DNA from: a virus
IMG/VR virus record: IMGVR_UViG_3300045988_014270
Coordinates: 1-29,985 of that record
DNA length: 29,985 bases
Reading direction: 5' to 3' (one strand)
In this document: positions 5,482 to 14,434 of the stretch, in pieces
Layout: each line of letters opens with the position of its first letter
Position numbering within the stretch: the first letter of the stretch is position 1
The notes under the pieces: model-generated
What the model was told of the DNA's origin: nothing
Seen by the model: the letters and a program-made list of their open reading frames with translations, nothing else
Database searches by the model: none
Translations under genes and position numbers: made by a program

Positions 5482-6093
5482 ATGAAATTCACGAAACGTG
5501 CCTACGTCAAAGTGTGGCAGAACTGCCCCGAAGACGAACGCGAAGACACCACCATAACCCTCTATGAGTACGAGGATACGAACGAGCTCAACAGTATCCC
5601 GGTCGCCCTGCTCTATCTGCTGGAACGTTATGCGTTCGTCAACAGTATGGACGAATTCGACATCCTCGAACGCTGTCTCACCGCTGAATCATTCGACCTC
5701 ATAGGCTTCGTCAAAACTTACCGGGACATGCTCAGCAAAACCGGCGACTTCTGGACGCCCATGAAGTTCATCACCGCAAGCCCGAAACCCGTGGACGGTA
5801 TCCCACCCGTCTCGTACTGCCCACGTTGCGGAGCGTTGATCTGGCCGGACACCACACGGCGCTGCATCAACGGACAACCCGAATACGACGCCGAATATTA
5901 CCGACGAATCCTCGAAACCTACAAGAACAACCCTGACCCGCTGTTCTGCCACAATTGCGGTCAACGCTTCAAGTACGTCGGCCAAGACCAACTAGCATAC
6001 AAGCACCAAAGCAACCGCGCCGACATCCTACGCACACTCAAACTCAAGGCGGAAACGCAACCGACGTTCGATCTGGCGGAGTTCAACCAATGA
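5482..6093 (+). CDS. Hypothetical protein with zinc-ribbon (203 aa)
   Basis: CPRCG...CHNCG pair. The start was chosen at the first ATG after the upstream stop; the SD is weak. Confidence 0.6.
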   Translation: MKFTKRAYVKVWQNCPEDEREDTTITLYEYEDTNELNSIPVALLYLLERYAFVNSMDEFDILERCLTAESFDLIGFVKTYRDMLSKTGDFWTPMKFITASPKPVDGIPPVSYCPRCGALIWPDTTRRCINGQPEYDAEYYRRILETYKNNPDPLFCHNCGQRFKYVGQDQLAYKHQSNRADILRTLKLKAETQPTFDLAEFNQ

Positions 6094-6539
6094 TCGGCGA
6101 ACCGTTCTCGTTCAGCCTGTTCATTCCCGGTATCCCCGCCAGTAAAGGCTCCTACCGGCCAATCACCGGCAGGAGCCGAACCACAGGCAAACCCGTAACC
6201 CGCCTGATACCGATGGACAAAAAGGAACGCCCGTGGCGCGACCACGTGCGCGACACCATCCTAAACAACCACGCTCCCACCATCCCCCACGACTCATACG
6301 TGACAGTAGAAACAACGTTCTACCTTCCACGCCCCAAAACCATCCCACCCCACAAACGCAAACACCCCACAGTCAAACCCGATATAGACAAACTCCAACG
6401 CGCCCTATACGACGCAATAACCGAAACCCACATCTGGCATGATGATTGCCAGATCACCGACGTAATCAGCCACAAACGCTACGCCGACAACACACCCACC
6501 GGCGTATTCCTCACAATCTCATGGAAGCCGAACCAATGA
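6090..6539 (+). CDS. rusA: RusA-family Holliday junction resolvase
   Basis: PGIPASKGS N-terminal motif. KPDIDKLQRALYDAIT...WHDDCQI matches the RusA catalytic D-rich region. ATGA start overlap. Confidence 0.85.
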   Translation: MIGEPFSFSLFIPGIPASKGSYRPITGRSRTTGKPVTRLIPMDKKERPWRDHVRDTILNNHAPTIPHDSYVTVETTFYLPRPKTIPPHKRKHPTVKPDIDKLQRALYDAITETHIWHDDCQITDVISHKRYADNTPTGVFLTISWKPNQ

Positions 6540-6694
6540 AGAAACCAAGCGAATTCGACTACTTCCGCAACACCGCACCCGGCTACAAGCTAGGCCGCAT
6601 TCTCGGCGGGCTACTCATCACCCTAGCCGTACTCCTCATCACCACCGGCACTATCGCCCTACTCAAACTCCTGATAACCTACATCCTCGCCTAA
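6536..6694 (+). CDS. Small membrane protein (52 aa)
   Basis: ATGA overlap with the rusA stop. Single hydrophobic helix ILGGLLITLAVLLITTGTIALLKLLITYIL. Confidence 0.6.
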   Translation: MKKPSEFDYFRNTAPGYKLGRILGGLLITLAVLLITTGTIALLKLLITYILA

Positions 6695-6704
6695 AGGAAC
6701 CACC

Positions 6705-6860
6705 ATGCCCCTCAGCCAACGCAAAACAGAACTAGCCCTCCACTGGCACCGCAAACACTACCAACCCGAATACATCGCCCAACTACTCAACACCACCCCA
6801 GAAGAAATACAAACCATCATCAACCAACACCAACAACAAACTAAACACAAGAAAGCATAA
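6705..6860 (+). CDS. Small hypothetical protein (51 aa), possible HTH, upstream of terS
   Basis: Hand-translated: MPLSQRKTELALHWHRKHYQPEYIAQLLNTTPEEIQTIINQHQQQTKHKKA. AAAGGA upstream of the ATG at 6705. Fills an otherwise empty gap. Below the track size cutoff. Confidence 0.5.
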   Translation: MPLSQRKTELALHWHRKHYQPEYIAQLLNTTPEEIQTIINQHQQQTKHKKA

Positions 6861-6870
6861 AATACCCCTT

Positions 6871-7260
6871 ATGAGCAACGTAACCCGAGACGCGCACGGC
6901 AGAATCACCGGCGGCGTCAACAATCCAACCGGCAAAGGCGGCTTCCAAGAACGACCACAAGACCGAGGCACATGGACGAAAGACACCAGCCCAACCCGGT
7001 GGATACGCGAATACGGGAAACTCTCCGCAAAGGAATTCGCTGAGAAAGCGAAAGACCCCAGTTTGACCATGATCCAGCGTATCGCGGTCAAGCATATTGC
7101 TGACGCGGAGAAGAACCCGAAGGTCACTACCGATCTGATTGACCGTTTGGACGGGAAACCCCACCAGTCCACCGATGTGAACGTGACCGGCTACGAGCCG
7201 CCACGTATCGTGTTGGAACCGTTCGACGATAACCCCGAAAACAAGAAAGACGGTGAATGA
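6871..7260 (+). CDS. terS: Putative terminase small subunit
   Basis: Lies immediately upstream of terL. N-terminal NPTGKGGFQERPQDRG motif is typical of many small terminases (from memory). Confidence 0.6.
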   Translation: MSNVTRDAHGRITGGVNNPTGKGGFQERPQDRGTWTKDTSPTRWIREYGKLSAKEFAEKAKDPSLTMIQRIAVKHIADAEKNPKVTTDLIDRLDGKPHQSTDVNVTGYEPPRIVLEPFDDNPENKKDGE

Positions 7261-7329
7261 TGACTAAACCACGCTACCCGCTTATCACCCGCCATGTAAT
7301 CAAATGGGCGAAGACTCTAGACTAAGGGT

Positions 7330-8589
7330 ATGAAGATAGCTAAACCGTACCGTGATTTATGGTGGTGGCTCCACTCGGAGACGCCACCATACCGGTATTA
7401 CTGCTATTCCGGTGGCCGCGCTTCTGGAAAGAGTACGAGCGTGGCGCAGAGTCTCATACTTCGCGCCGCAACCCAACCCATCACCGTATTGTGCGCCCGA
7501 GAATTCCAGAACAGTATCACCGACTCAGTGCATAAGCTGCTGGCCGACATCATCGAATCGTTCGGTGTGAAGGGCTTCGAGGTAACGCGCGACGCAATCC
7601 GCCATATCAACGGCAGCATGTTCATCTTCCGAGGGTTGCACAATAATCTGGAATCGATCAAGAGCATCGAGGGCGTGGACGTGTGTTGGGTCGAGGAAGC
7701 GCAGACCATCAGCAAGGAAAGCCTGACCACGCTTATCCCGACGATACGCCGACCCAATTCCACGCTGATCTTCACTTGGAACCCGCTCACTTCACATGAC
7801 CCCGTGTGGACGTACTTCATCACGGGTGACTCGGAGGAACGCCGCCGCCAGACATGCCATTGGCATACCACCTACAACGACGTGCGCAGCCTGTTGAGCC
7901 AAGACGTGTTGGACATGATCCGCGCCGACCAACAGTCGGCGGACTTCGCACACATCTGGCTAGGCTTGCCATACTCCGACACTGATAACCAGCTAATCAG
8001 CGACACCATGATAAACGAAGCCGTCCAACGCGAACCATTAGACGGGCCGGTGACGTTCGGTGTGGACGTGGCACGCTATGGCAACGATCGCACGGCGCTC
8101 TGCATCAAACAAGGCAACCGAATCAGCATTCTGGAATCGTGGACGCACAGCAGTATCGTGGACACTGCGGAACGCATCAAACTCCGGGCAGACCAGTACA
8201 AGCCAGTCGCCATCCGCGTGGACGATACCGGCGTAGGCGGAGGCTTGACAGACCTGCTCAAAACAAACGGCCTGCCCGTTGACGCCATCAACTACGCCGG
8301 TAAGGCCAAAGACCAACGGTATCCGAATATTGCTAGCGAACTATGGTTCGACTTCGGCACCATGCTGCCATCATTGAGCATCAACCCTAATCTTGATGAC
8401 TTCGCCAAGCTCTCAAACGAACTGACCACGCGACGGTGGAAAATCACCAGCAGGAACCAACGCCAGATAGAAAGCAAGCAGGATTACAAAGACCGGGAGA
8501 ACTTGGGCAGCCCCGATCTAGCGGACGCCGTACTACTCGCCTGCTACGAACCACCGAAGCTACCCTCATGGGATGTAGCCGTTTGCTAG
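7330..8589 (+). CDS. terL: Terminase large subunit (PBSX/Terminase_3-like)
   Basis: Walker A SGGRASGKS near the N-terminus. Walker B-like VCWVEEAQ. C-terminal nuclease-like region (GVDVARYGNDRTAL...DDTGVGGG). Confidence 0.9.
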   Translation: MKIAKPYRDLWWWLHSETPPYRYYCYSGGRASGKSTSVAQSLILRAATQPITVLCAREFQNSITDSVHKLLADIIESFGVKGFEVTRDAIRHINGSMFIFRGLHNNLESIKSIEGVDVCWVEEAQTISKESLTTLIPTIRRPNSTLIFTWNPLTSHDPVWTYFITGDSEERRRQTCHWHTTYNDVRSLLSQDVLDMIRADQQSADFAHIWLGLPYSDTDNQLISDTMINEAVQREPLDGPVTFGVDVARYGNDRTALCIKQGNRISILESWTHSSIVDTAERIKLRADQYKPVAIRVDDTGVGGGLTDLLKTNGLPVDAINYAGKAKDQRYPNIASELWFDFGTMLPSLSINPNLDDFAKLSNELTTRRWKITSRNQRQIESKQDYKDRENLGSPDLADAVLLACYEPPKLPSWDVAVC

Positions 8590-8648
8590 GTTTAGGCCCT
8601 GCACCCGGTAGACTAGACACAGGGTCTTACGACGAATCGAGGAAAACC

Positions 8649-10742
8649 GTGAGCTTACTCAACAATCTTCGCGATGGGTTTATGAGCGCGTTCGACCGTA
8701 ACCATGCGCCCAGCATGTCCCCCACACCAATGGGCGGAAACATCTGGCAGCCAATGGGCGGCAACACCATCCCCATGCATGATACTTACGACAACGTGTT
8801 CCCCTACGTGAACGCCATCGCGCAAAGGTTCAGCACGATAATCCCATACGCCGTGAACTCGGATAACCAGCGTATCGACCCGGCTCCCGCACCCTTGGCC
8901 GCCCTTTACGCGCCAAACGACACCTATTCGTGCTTGGAGTTTTTAAAGATCGTTTGCGCCAGCATCCTCACCCAATCCCACTTGGATGTTCTTATCTGGA
9001 CAAGCAACGGGCCGGGCGGAGACATCACCCCAACGAACATCATCGGCTATACGCTGCTACCGTCGAACAGTCGCCAGTATAATTCCACGCGCTCCGACTG
9101 GTATCATCGCGTCACAATGGACTTGGGCGACGGCGAACAAGCCTATGAATTCTCCCGAGACGAAACCATCGCGCTCAGCTACAGCCAGCACCCCAACGAC
9201 CCGACGCGGGGCATTGCACCGGCAATGACCGTGAAGAAGTGGGCGAACGTGGACGATATGATCGCCGACTATGAGCGTGGTTTCTTCGGCAACAACGCCG
9301 TCCCCGCTGGAATGCTCGGCATCGTGTCGGAAAACACTGAGGACTTCCAGCGTAACCGCGACCGGTTGGAAAGCACGTTCCGAGGGGCTGGGAACAACAA
9401 CGGCATCGTGTACAACATGATTCCGGTTGACCCCATGACCCATAAACCCAGCACTACCAGCAAACTCGTATGGGTACCGTTTCAGAACGACAACGATACG
9501 CTGGACTTGCAGACCGTGAACGACGTGGTAAACAACCGACTGTCGAACGCGCTCGCCGTACCGGACATCATTCGAGGTATCGATAACGGACAAACCTACG
9601 CCAACGCCGAACAAGCCGAACGCGCGTTCATCGAAAACACCCTTAAACCGTTGTGTATGACGGTGTGGGATAAATGGCAGTTCGAGCTAGACCGCATCAC
9701 AGGCGGCTTAGGCTACGGCATCACGTTCGATCTCAACCTGCCGTCCCAAACCGACGTGGAAAAGGTGCAGGCCGACACACAGAAGGTACGTATCGACTCG
9801 CTGACCCAGCTTTTGAACATGGGGGCCAGTCTGGAGTCTGCCGTGGACGCGCTCGGCCTCCCCGACTCGTACAAGCGTCTTGGCCTGCACCAGTCGGCCC
9901 CGACACTAAGTATCCCAGTAACCGCGAAACGATATGCGCGTAATATCAAACCGCAGGAAACAGCAGTCGAAACCCGTATCCTCCCCGCCACGCGAACCTA
10001 CGTGAACCGCGTAATCCGCATGGCACGCCGCTCCCAGAACGGGCTACGCGATGATCTGGAGGATATCGGCGACCAGTGGATAAACGACGTGGAAAACGAG
10101 TTGATGAAGAACCTCGCCGCCTACGCACGCCGTACCGGCTACGAGCTGGAACAGGTCATAACCATGTGGGCGGAACTCCACCCCGAAAGCTCCATCGCCG
10201 TGGACATCGAGGGATACACCGCAGATGATTGGAGGCAACTCTACTTCTGGGCCGAACTCCCCGACACCGTGCGTGAAGCATACGTGGAACACTTGCGTAG
10301 CATCGCCAAGTCCACCAGCAAGACCATTACGAACGACGTGCTCGAACTGTTGAACCGTGCCGACGTGGAACAGTGGGACGCCGAACACTTGCGCGAAGCC
10401 CTCGAACGCATGGGCAATAATCACGCCGAACTGATCGCCCGGTGTGAGACGGTGCAATCCCAACGGCTCGGCAGCTTGTACAGCGCCCGCAATCTCAGCG
10501 AGACTCTTGGCGTCCGACTAGCCAAGGTTTGGCGTACCAGCGGCGACGAAAAAGTATGCGAATTCTGCAATCACATGGAAGGCACACGAATCGCATTGGA
10601 TGACACGTATATGGCCGAGAACGCAAGCGTCGAGATAGGCGACAGAACCTACGTGAACAATTTCGAGAGTATGCAAACCCCGAACGGACACCCCAACTGC
10701 CGGTGCTACGAAGACTACGAAGTAGTGGAGGACGAATCATGA
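8649..10742 (+). CDS. Portal protein fused to MuF/SPP1 gp7-like minor head protein domain (697 aa from GTG 8649)
   Basis: N-terminal two-thirds are portal-like (GFFGNNAVPAGMLG..., ESTFRGAGNNNGIV). The C-terminus has VCEFCNHMEG...GHPNCRC, typical of Phage_Mu_F. Start is uncertain: GTG 8649 with GAGGAA SD, or alternatively ATG 8568. Confidence 0.75.
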   Translation: MSLLNNLRDGFMSAFDRNHAPSMSPTPMGGNIWQPMGGNTIPMHDTYDNVFPYVNAIAQRFSTIIPYAVNSDNQRIDPAPAPLAALYAPNDTYSCLEFLKIVCASILTQSHLDVLIWTSNGPGGDITPTNIIGYTLLPSNSRQYNSTRSDWYHRVTMDLGDGEQAYEFSRDETIALSYSQHPNDPTRGIAPAMTVKKWANVDDMIADYERGFFGNNAVPAGMLGIVSENTEDFQRNRDRLESTFRGAGNNNGIVYNMIPVDPMTHKPSTTSKLVWVPFQNDNDTLDLQTVNDVVNNRLSNALAVPDIIRGIDNGQTYANAEQAERAFIENTLKPLCMTVWDKWQFELDRITGGLGYGITFDLNLPSQTDVEKVQADTQKVRIDSLTQLLNMGASLESAVDALGLPDSYKRLGLHQSAPTLSIPVTAKRYARNIKPQETAVETRILPATRTYVNRVIRMARRSQNGLRDDLEDIGDQWINDVENELMKNLAAYARRTGYELEQVITMWAELHPESSIAVDIEGYTADDWRQLYFWAELPDTVREAYVEHLRSIAKSTSKTITNDVLELLNRADVEQWDAEHLREALERMGNNHAELIARCETVQSQRLGSLYSARNLSETLGVRLAKVWRTSGDEKVCEFCNHMEGTRIALDDTYMAENASVEIGDRTYVNNFESMQTPNGHPNCRCYEDYEVVEDES

Positions 10743-10879
10743 CGTATGACATCCATTGCAAACGTTGCGGCCGCTACCTAGGCTCCTGCGCCCGCAACAC
10801 CACGGTCACGTTGAAATGCCCGAACTGCAAGGGCTTGGACACGTACCGCATCGTGCTACTATGGAGGACAGAACATTAA
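10739..10879 (+). CDS. Com-like zinc-ribbon protein (46 aa)
   Basis: Hand-translated: MTYDIHCKRCGRYLGSCARNTTVTLKCPNCKGLDTYRIVLLWRTEH. CxxC-X16-CxxC has the same spacing as phage Mu Com. ATGA overlap with the portal stop. Confidence 0.55.
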   Translation: MTYDIHCKRCGRYLGSCARNTTVTLKCPNCKGLDTYRIVLLWRTEH

Positions 10880-10933
10880 GCCCATTAAGGACGTTCGACC
10901 GCACCACTACCCCCACTATCTGAAAGGGCCAAG

Positions 10934-12793
10934 ATGAAGACTCGTAAGAGCTTCTTAAACAGCGGTGCCCTAGAAACTAATGGTCGTAACCTCACATTCC
11001 TCGCCAACAGCGGCAAAGTAATGAGTGACGGACTCACCGTAGACTTGAAGACACTGAAAGCGCCGTTAATCGACGGCACTCTGAAACTCGTGTCCGACCT
11101 CACCGAGTCCGACAAACTATCACTACCGTTGCTGATCGACCACACGCCCAGTATCGAATGCCAAGCAGGCGCAATCACCCGACTTTGGATGACCGACGCC
11201 GGACTAATGGCCGAAGCGAAACTCAGCGAGGTAGATCAAGGCGAACGTATCCGCCAGCTTGCCGCCGACGGATGCCTGACCAACAGTTTCAGCATCACCG
11301 TTGAATTCAACCAGCGTCCCGGCAAGGACGGTATCATCCATGATGGCGAACTACTGGAAATCAGCGTCGTATATCGTGGGGCCGACCCAAGGGCCGCTTT
11401 CACCGCAATCAACAGCCGCAACAACAACACGAATGGAGGCACCATGAACCAGGAACTCCTGAAGAAACTGGCGCGTACCATCGCCCAGTTCAAACTCACC
11501 CCGGACGAGGCGGAACAGCTCACCGCTTCCATCGGTGACATCATGCAGGGCGCTCTCGATGACATCACCAACGCCATCACCAACCAGAAGGAAGGCGAGG
11601 GCGAGGGCGAGGGCACCCCGGCACCGGAGGAACCCGTGCAGACTTCCAACAGCCGCCAGACCATCATCATCAACAAGGCCAACCACGCCGCCCACCAGTC
11701 GGGTACCGTGAAGTTCTCCCACGACCGTAAGACGTGGCTCGACTCCGATGACGCCATGATCGCGTTCGAGCGTGCCCTGATCGACACCGACAACAAGGGC
11801 GTCGAAGCGTTCCACCGTGAGTGGGCCGACACCGTGAACCGTAACATGTCGGACACCGCATCCTTCGACTCTAGCGCTGGCAATGTGAACGGCGTTGACG
11901 CTACCAACGTGAACAAGTTCATCCCGACCGAGGCCATCACCACGATCTCGGACGCGCTGAACACTCGCGGCTCCGGCCTGTGGAATCTGCTGCGCAAGAC
12001 CGGTCTTGACCGTCTGACCATCGGCGGCAATATCAACGGTCTGACTGATCAGACCCGTGCCCACGGCTACCCGGTGAGCGAGTACGGCACGGAGAAGACG
12101 AAACAGGTGCTTTCGTTCGTGAAGCGCGAGCTTCAGGCCGACTACACCTACAAGTACATCACCCTGAACAAGGGCGATATTCGCCGCACCCAGCGTCCGG
12201 GCGCTCTGCTCCGCTACGTGCTTCAGGAACTCCCGAACTATATTATCCAGACCATCGAACGCCAGATCACGCTCGGCGATTACACGGATATGGCGCACTT
12301 CCGTAGCGTTGTGACCGACGCGGAAGACAGTAAGTCCGAGTGGCGTGGCAACCGTTTCGCGCTCTCCTACACCATGACGAATGACGCCCCATTGATGGAC
12401 TTCGTTCGTGCCTCCCACATGGTTCGCGCTCAGGGAAACAAGGTGCTGCTCTGCAACGCTGATACTGTCGCTAATCTGCTGATGTCCGCGGACGCTAACG
12501 GAAATACGTATATCGCTCTCGGCGGTGACGATACTCTGGCCCGCGCTCTCAGTGTCCAGCAGATCATTACCCCGGAATGGTGGACTGAATCGGATGACAC
12601 CAATACTATGGGTATTATCATGTCCGCGTCCCACTACCCGGTGGTTGGCGATACGTCCATCGAGGCGTTCACTAACTTCGCGTTGTCCACGAACACCAAC
12701 GAGTATCTTCAGGAGATTTACGCTGGTGGCGGTTTGGACGCGGAGAAGTCAGCCGTGGTCATCAAGCCGAAGGCCAAGCGAGGTGCTGCCTGA
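10934..12793 (+). CDS. Prohead protease (S78/HK97 gp4-like) - scaffold linker - major capsid protein fusion (619 aa)
   Basis: N-terminus LLIDHTPS..., NSFSITVEF and LLEISVVYRGADPRA fit the HK97-type prohead protease. Coiled/EGEGEGEG linker. The ~370-aa C-terminal part is at the major capsid position. In-frame internal ATG 11444 has SD GGAGG. Confidence 0.75.
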   Translation: MKTRKSFLNSGALETNGRNLTFLANSGKVMSDGLTVDLKTLKAPLIDGTLKLVSDLTESDKLSLPLLIDHTPSIECQAGAITRLWMTDAGLMAEAKLSEVDQGERIRQLAADGCLTNSFSITVEFNQRPGKDGIIHDGELLEISVVYRGADPRAAFTAINSRNNNTNGGTMNQELLKKLARTIAQFKLTPDEAEQLTASIGDIMQGALDDITNAITNQKEGEGEGEGTPAPEEPVQTSNSRQTIIINKANHAAHQSGTVKFSHDRKTWLDSDDAMIAFERALIDTDNKGVEAFHREWADTVNRNMSDTASFDSSAGNVNGVDATNVNKFIPTEAITTISDALNTRGSGLWNLLRKTGLDRLTIGGNINGLTDQTRAHGYPVSEYGTEKTKQVLSFVKRELQADYTYKYITLNKGDIRRTQRPGALLRYVLQELPNYIIQTIERQITLGDYTDMAHFRSVVTDAEDSKSEWRGNRFALSYTMTNDAPLMDFVRASHMVRAQGNKVLLCNADTVANLLMSADANGNTYIALGGDDTLARALSVQQIITPEWWTESDDTNTMGIIMSASHYPVVGDTSIEAFTNFALSTNTNEYLQEIYAGGGLDAEKSAVVIKPKAKRGAA

Positions 12794-12993
12794 TGAACGA
12801 TGAGATGTACGCACAAGTCGGCGGCAAAGCACTGCCAAAACCAAAAGACAACATGAAGGCGGTTAAGGTCATCAACTTCGTCAACGAGGAGGGTCAGCCT
12901 GTCGGGAAGGCCGCTCACGTTGACCCGTCATCCGGCACAGTAACGCAAGTAGTGAACGCTCTGATCGCCGCTGGCTTGATGGCGTCCGCCTGA
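12793..12993 (+). CDS. Hypothetical head-associated protein (66 aa)
   Basis: ATGA overlap with the capsid stop. Followed by a terminator. Confidence 0.6.
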   Translation: MNDEMYAQVGGKALPKPKDNMKAVKVINFVNEEGQPVGKAAHVDPSSGTVTQVVNALIAAGLMASA

Positions 12994-13029
12994 CACGCTA
13001 CCCTAAACAGTAGCGGGACTGCACCGCAA

Positions 13030-13070
13030 GGCCCTATCTCCTACAATGGGAGGTAGGGCCTAACTTATTT
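13030..13070 (+). terminator. Intrinsic terminator after the head module
   Basis: GGCCCTATCTCC / GGAGGTAGGGCC is a 12-bp stem (one G.U) with loop TACAATG, followed by TAACTTATTT. A smaller hairpin, CGCTAC/GTAGCG, lies at 12996..13015. Confidence 0.65.
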
Positions 13071-13086
13071 CCCCGGAGGAGTGATC

Positions 13087-13749
13087 ATGGACATCGACGC
13101 AAGCGTAATCAACCAAGTTGGAGAAGCCGCCTATGCGCGGTGGAAGGATGCTGCGCTCGCAGACCTCGCCAACATTCTATGCCAAAAAACCCTATCCCAG
13201 CTTACGGATGATTACGTGGGAATCGTCGTAGGAGATGGCCGCCACATAGCCCTTTTGGCATGGTATTCGGAAGTAAGCAACGTAAAGACCACCGACGGGG
13301 TGAACCTCGATTATCGCGTGAACTATGATATGGGCGACGGGTGGACGCCCGAAACCAAGTACACGAACTGCATTACCATCACGGAACGGCTTAATGTCGG
13401 CACGGTAGTCACCGTGACAGGAACGCACGGGTTCGCCAAACTCCCAGCATCATTATCTTCGGTATTGGCGGCAATCATCGAGGCAGACCAGAACGTTCTT
13501 GACCAGACCGACATTATCACGTCCAAAAGCATCGAGGATGTGAGCGTGGGTTACTCAACGGTCAACGAGACGGCTATGGAACGTGCGTTGACCCCTTACC
13601 GGTCTCTTATCAGCCAGTGGAGCCTATGCCAAAACGGCGTTCAGACCGGTGGTATTCTCTCCATGCCTCGCAAGCATCATAATCTGCCGTGGTGGTCGAA
13701 CGCTCAGGATTATGTGGGGGGTGACTACGCTTATGGCAACGCTCTGTGA
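13087..13749 (+). CDS. Hypothetical structural protein (possible head-tail connector), 220 aa
   Basis: SD GGAGGAG 6 nt upstream of ATG 13087. Positioned between the capsid and tail modules. Confidence 0.6.
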   Translation: MDIDASVINQVGEAAYARWKDAALADLANILCQKTLSQLTDDYVGIVVGDGRHIALLAWYSEVSNVKTTDGVNLDYRVNYDMGDGWTPETKYTNCITITERLNVGTVVTVTGTHGFAKLPASLSSVLAAIIEADQNVLDQTDIITSKSIEDVSVGYSTVNETAMERALTPYRSLISQWSLCQNGVQTGGILSMPRKHHNLPWWSNAQDYVGGDYAYGNAL

Positions 13750-14104
13750 CCCGTTCCGCCTGTTCCCACACCAAGTCCAGACGGCGACGCTTTGGCGGTA
13801 CACGGCTCCCGGTCTGCCTAACGAACTCCTGGCCGACTTGCATGTGATTGTGAAGCACTCCACACAGTCCGACCAGCCCACCGAATACGGTTCGCGTATC
13901 AGCAGCCGACGCTTCCATATCGACCCCAGTACACTCCCATTCGCCTATGTGCAGGATATTGAGCTTCTGCCCGACCTTATGCTGGAGGTGGAGAACGGGC
14001 GCGTATACCAGATAACCGACGCGAGTCGTGGCGATGACATGACGATGGGCGAAACCCGGTTCATCACCGTGACTGGAACACCGTATGGAAGGGACAGCAT
14101 ATGA
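13733..14104 (+). CDS. Putative head-tail joining protein (123 aa)
   Basis: ATG 13733 preceded by GGGGGGTG. 17-nt overlap with the upstream gene. Call rests on position only. Confidence 0.5.
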   Translation: MATLCDPFRLFPHQVQTATLWRYTAPGLPNELLADLHVIVKHSTQSDQPTEYGSRISSRRFHIDPSTLPFAYVQDIELLPDLMLEVENGRVYQITDASRGDDMTMGETRFITVTGTPYGRDSI

Positions 14105-14424
14105 GCTACCGGTTACAGTTGTCCGCTGATTGGACGCGTAAACTCTCCACCCAACAGTTGAACAAGGGCGTCGTGAAAATGATGACCGACATCCTCAAGA
14201 TGGCACGTCAGAACGCTCCAGTACGCACCGGTGCTTTGCGTAACAGTGGTCGTTTCCAACAAGTCTCCACGCTCAAATGGCGTATCACGTTCGGCAATGG
14301 CCGTGTTCCTTACGCGCGTATCCGCGAACATACGAACCGGTTGCATCCGAACACGGTACGCTACCTCCAGCGGGCGCGGAACACCGCAGCTAGCCGTGTG
14401 AAATCGTATTTCAACCTAGGATAG
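14101..14424 (+). CDS. HK97 gp10-like head-tail connector component
   Basis: ARQNAPVRTGALRNSG matches the gp10-family signature (AP..TG.L..S). ATGA overlap at the start. Confidence 0.65.
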   Translation: MSYRLQLSADWTRKLSTQQLNKGVVKMMTDILKMARQNAPVRTGALRNSGRFQQVSTLKWRITFGNGRVPYARIREHTNRLHPNTVRYLQRARNTAASRVKSYFNLG

Positions 14425-14434
14425 GAGCGACATC

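Noticed and set aside
6233-6442. 69-aa Pro/His/Thr/Arg-rich plus-strand ORF inside rusA
   Set aside because: It is an alternative-frame artefact of the C/A-rich composition. The RusA frame carries the catalytic motifs.
8436-8648. Upstream extension of the portal ORF into terL (track start 8436)
   Set aside because: It would overlap terL by about 150 nt with Arg/Gly/Pro-rich out-of-frame sequence. GTG 8649 has an SD. ATG 8568 remains a possible alternative.
11594-11614. GGCGAG hexanucleotide microsatellite (EGEGEGEG) in the capsid fusion
   Set aside because: It is in-frame, short and sits in a linker. It is most likely just low-complexity linker sequence, so I did not treat it as a separate signal.
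11351-12634. Long minus-strand ORFs (427 aa at 11351..12634 and 266 aa at 11236..12036) opposite the capsid gene
   Set aside because: They are antisense shadow ORFs typical of GC-rich coding DNA. Their composition is Val/Gly/Arg/Ala-rich and they have no SD. The plus-strand ORF has clear protease and capsid motifs and operon context.
13716-13721. G6 homopolymer near the 3' end of gene 13087..13749 as a phase-variation tract
   Set aside because: It is too short to be a convincing contingency tract. It more plausibly serves as the SD-like element for the overlapping start at 13733.
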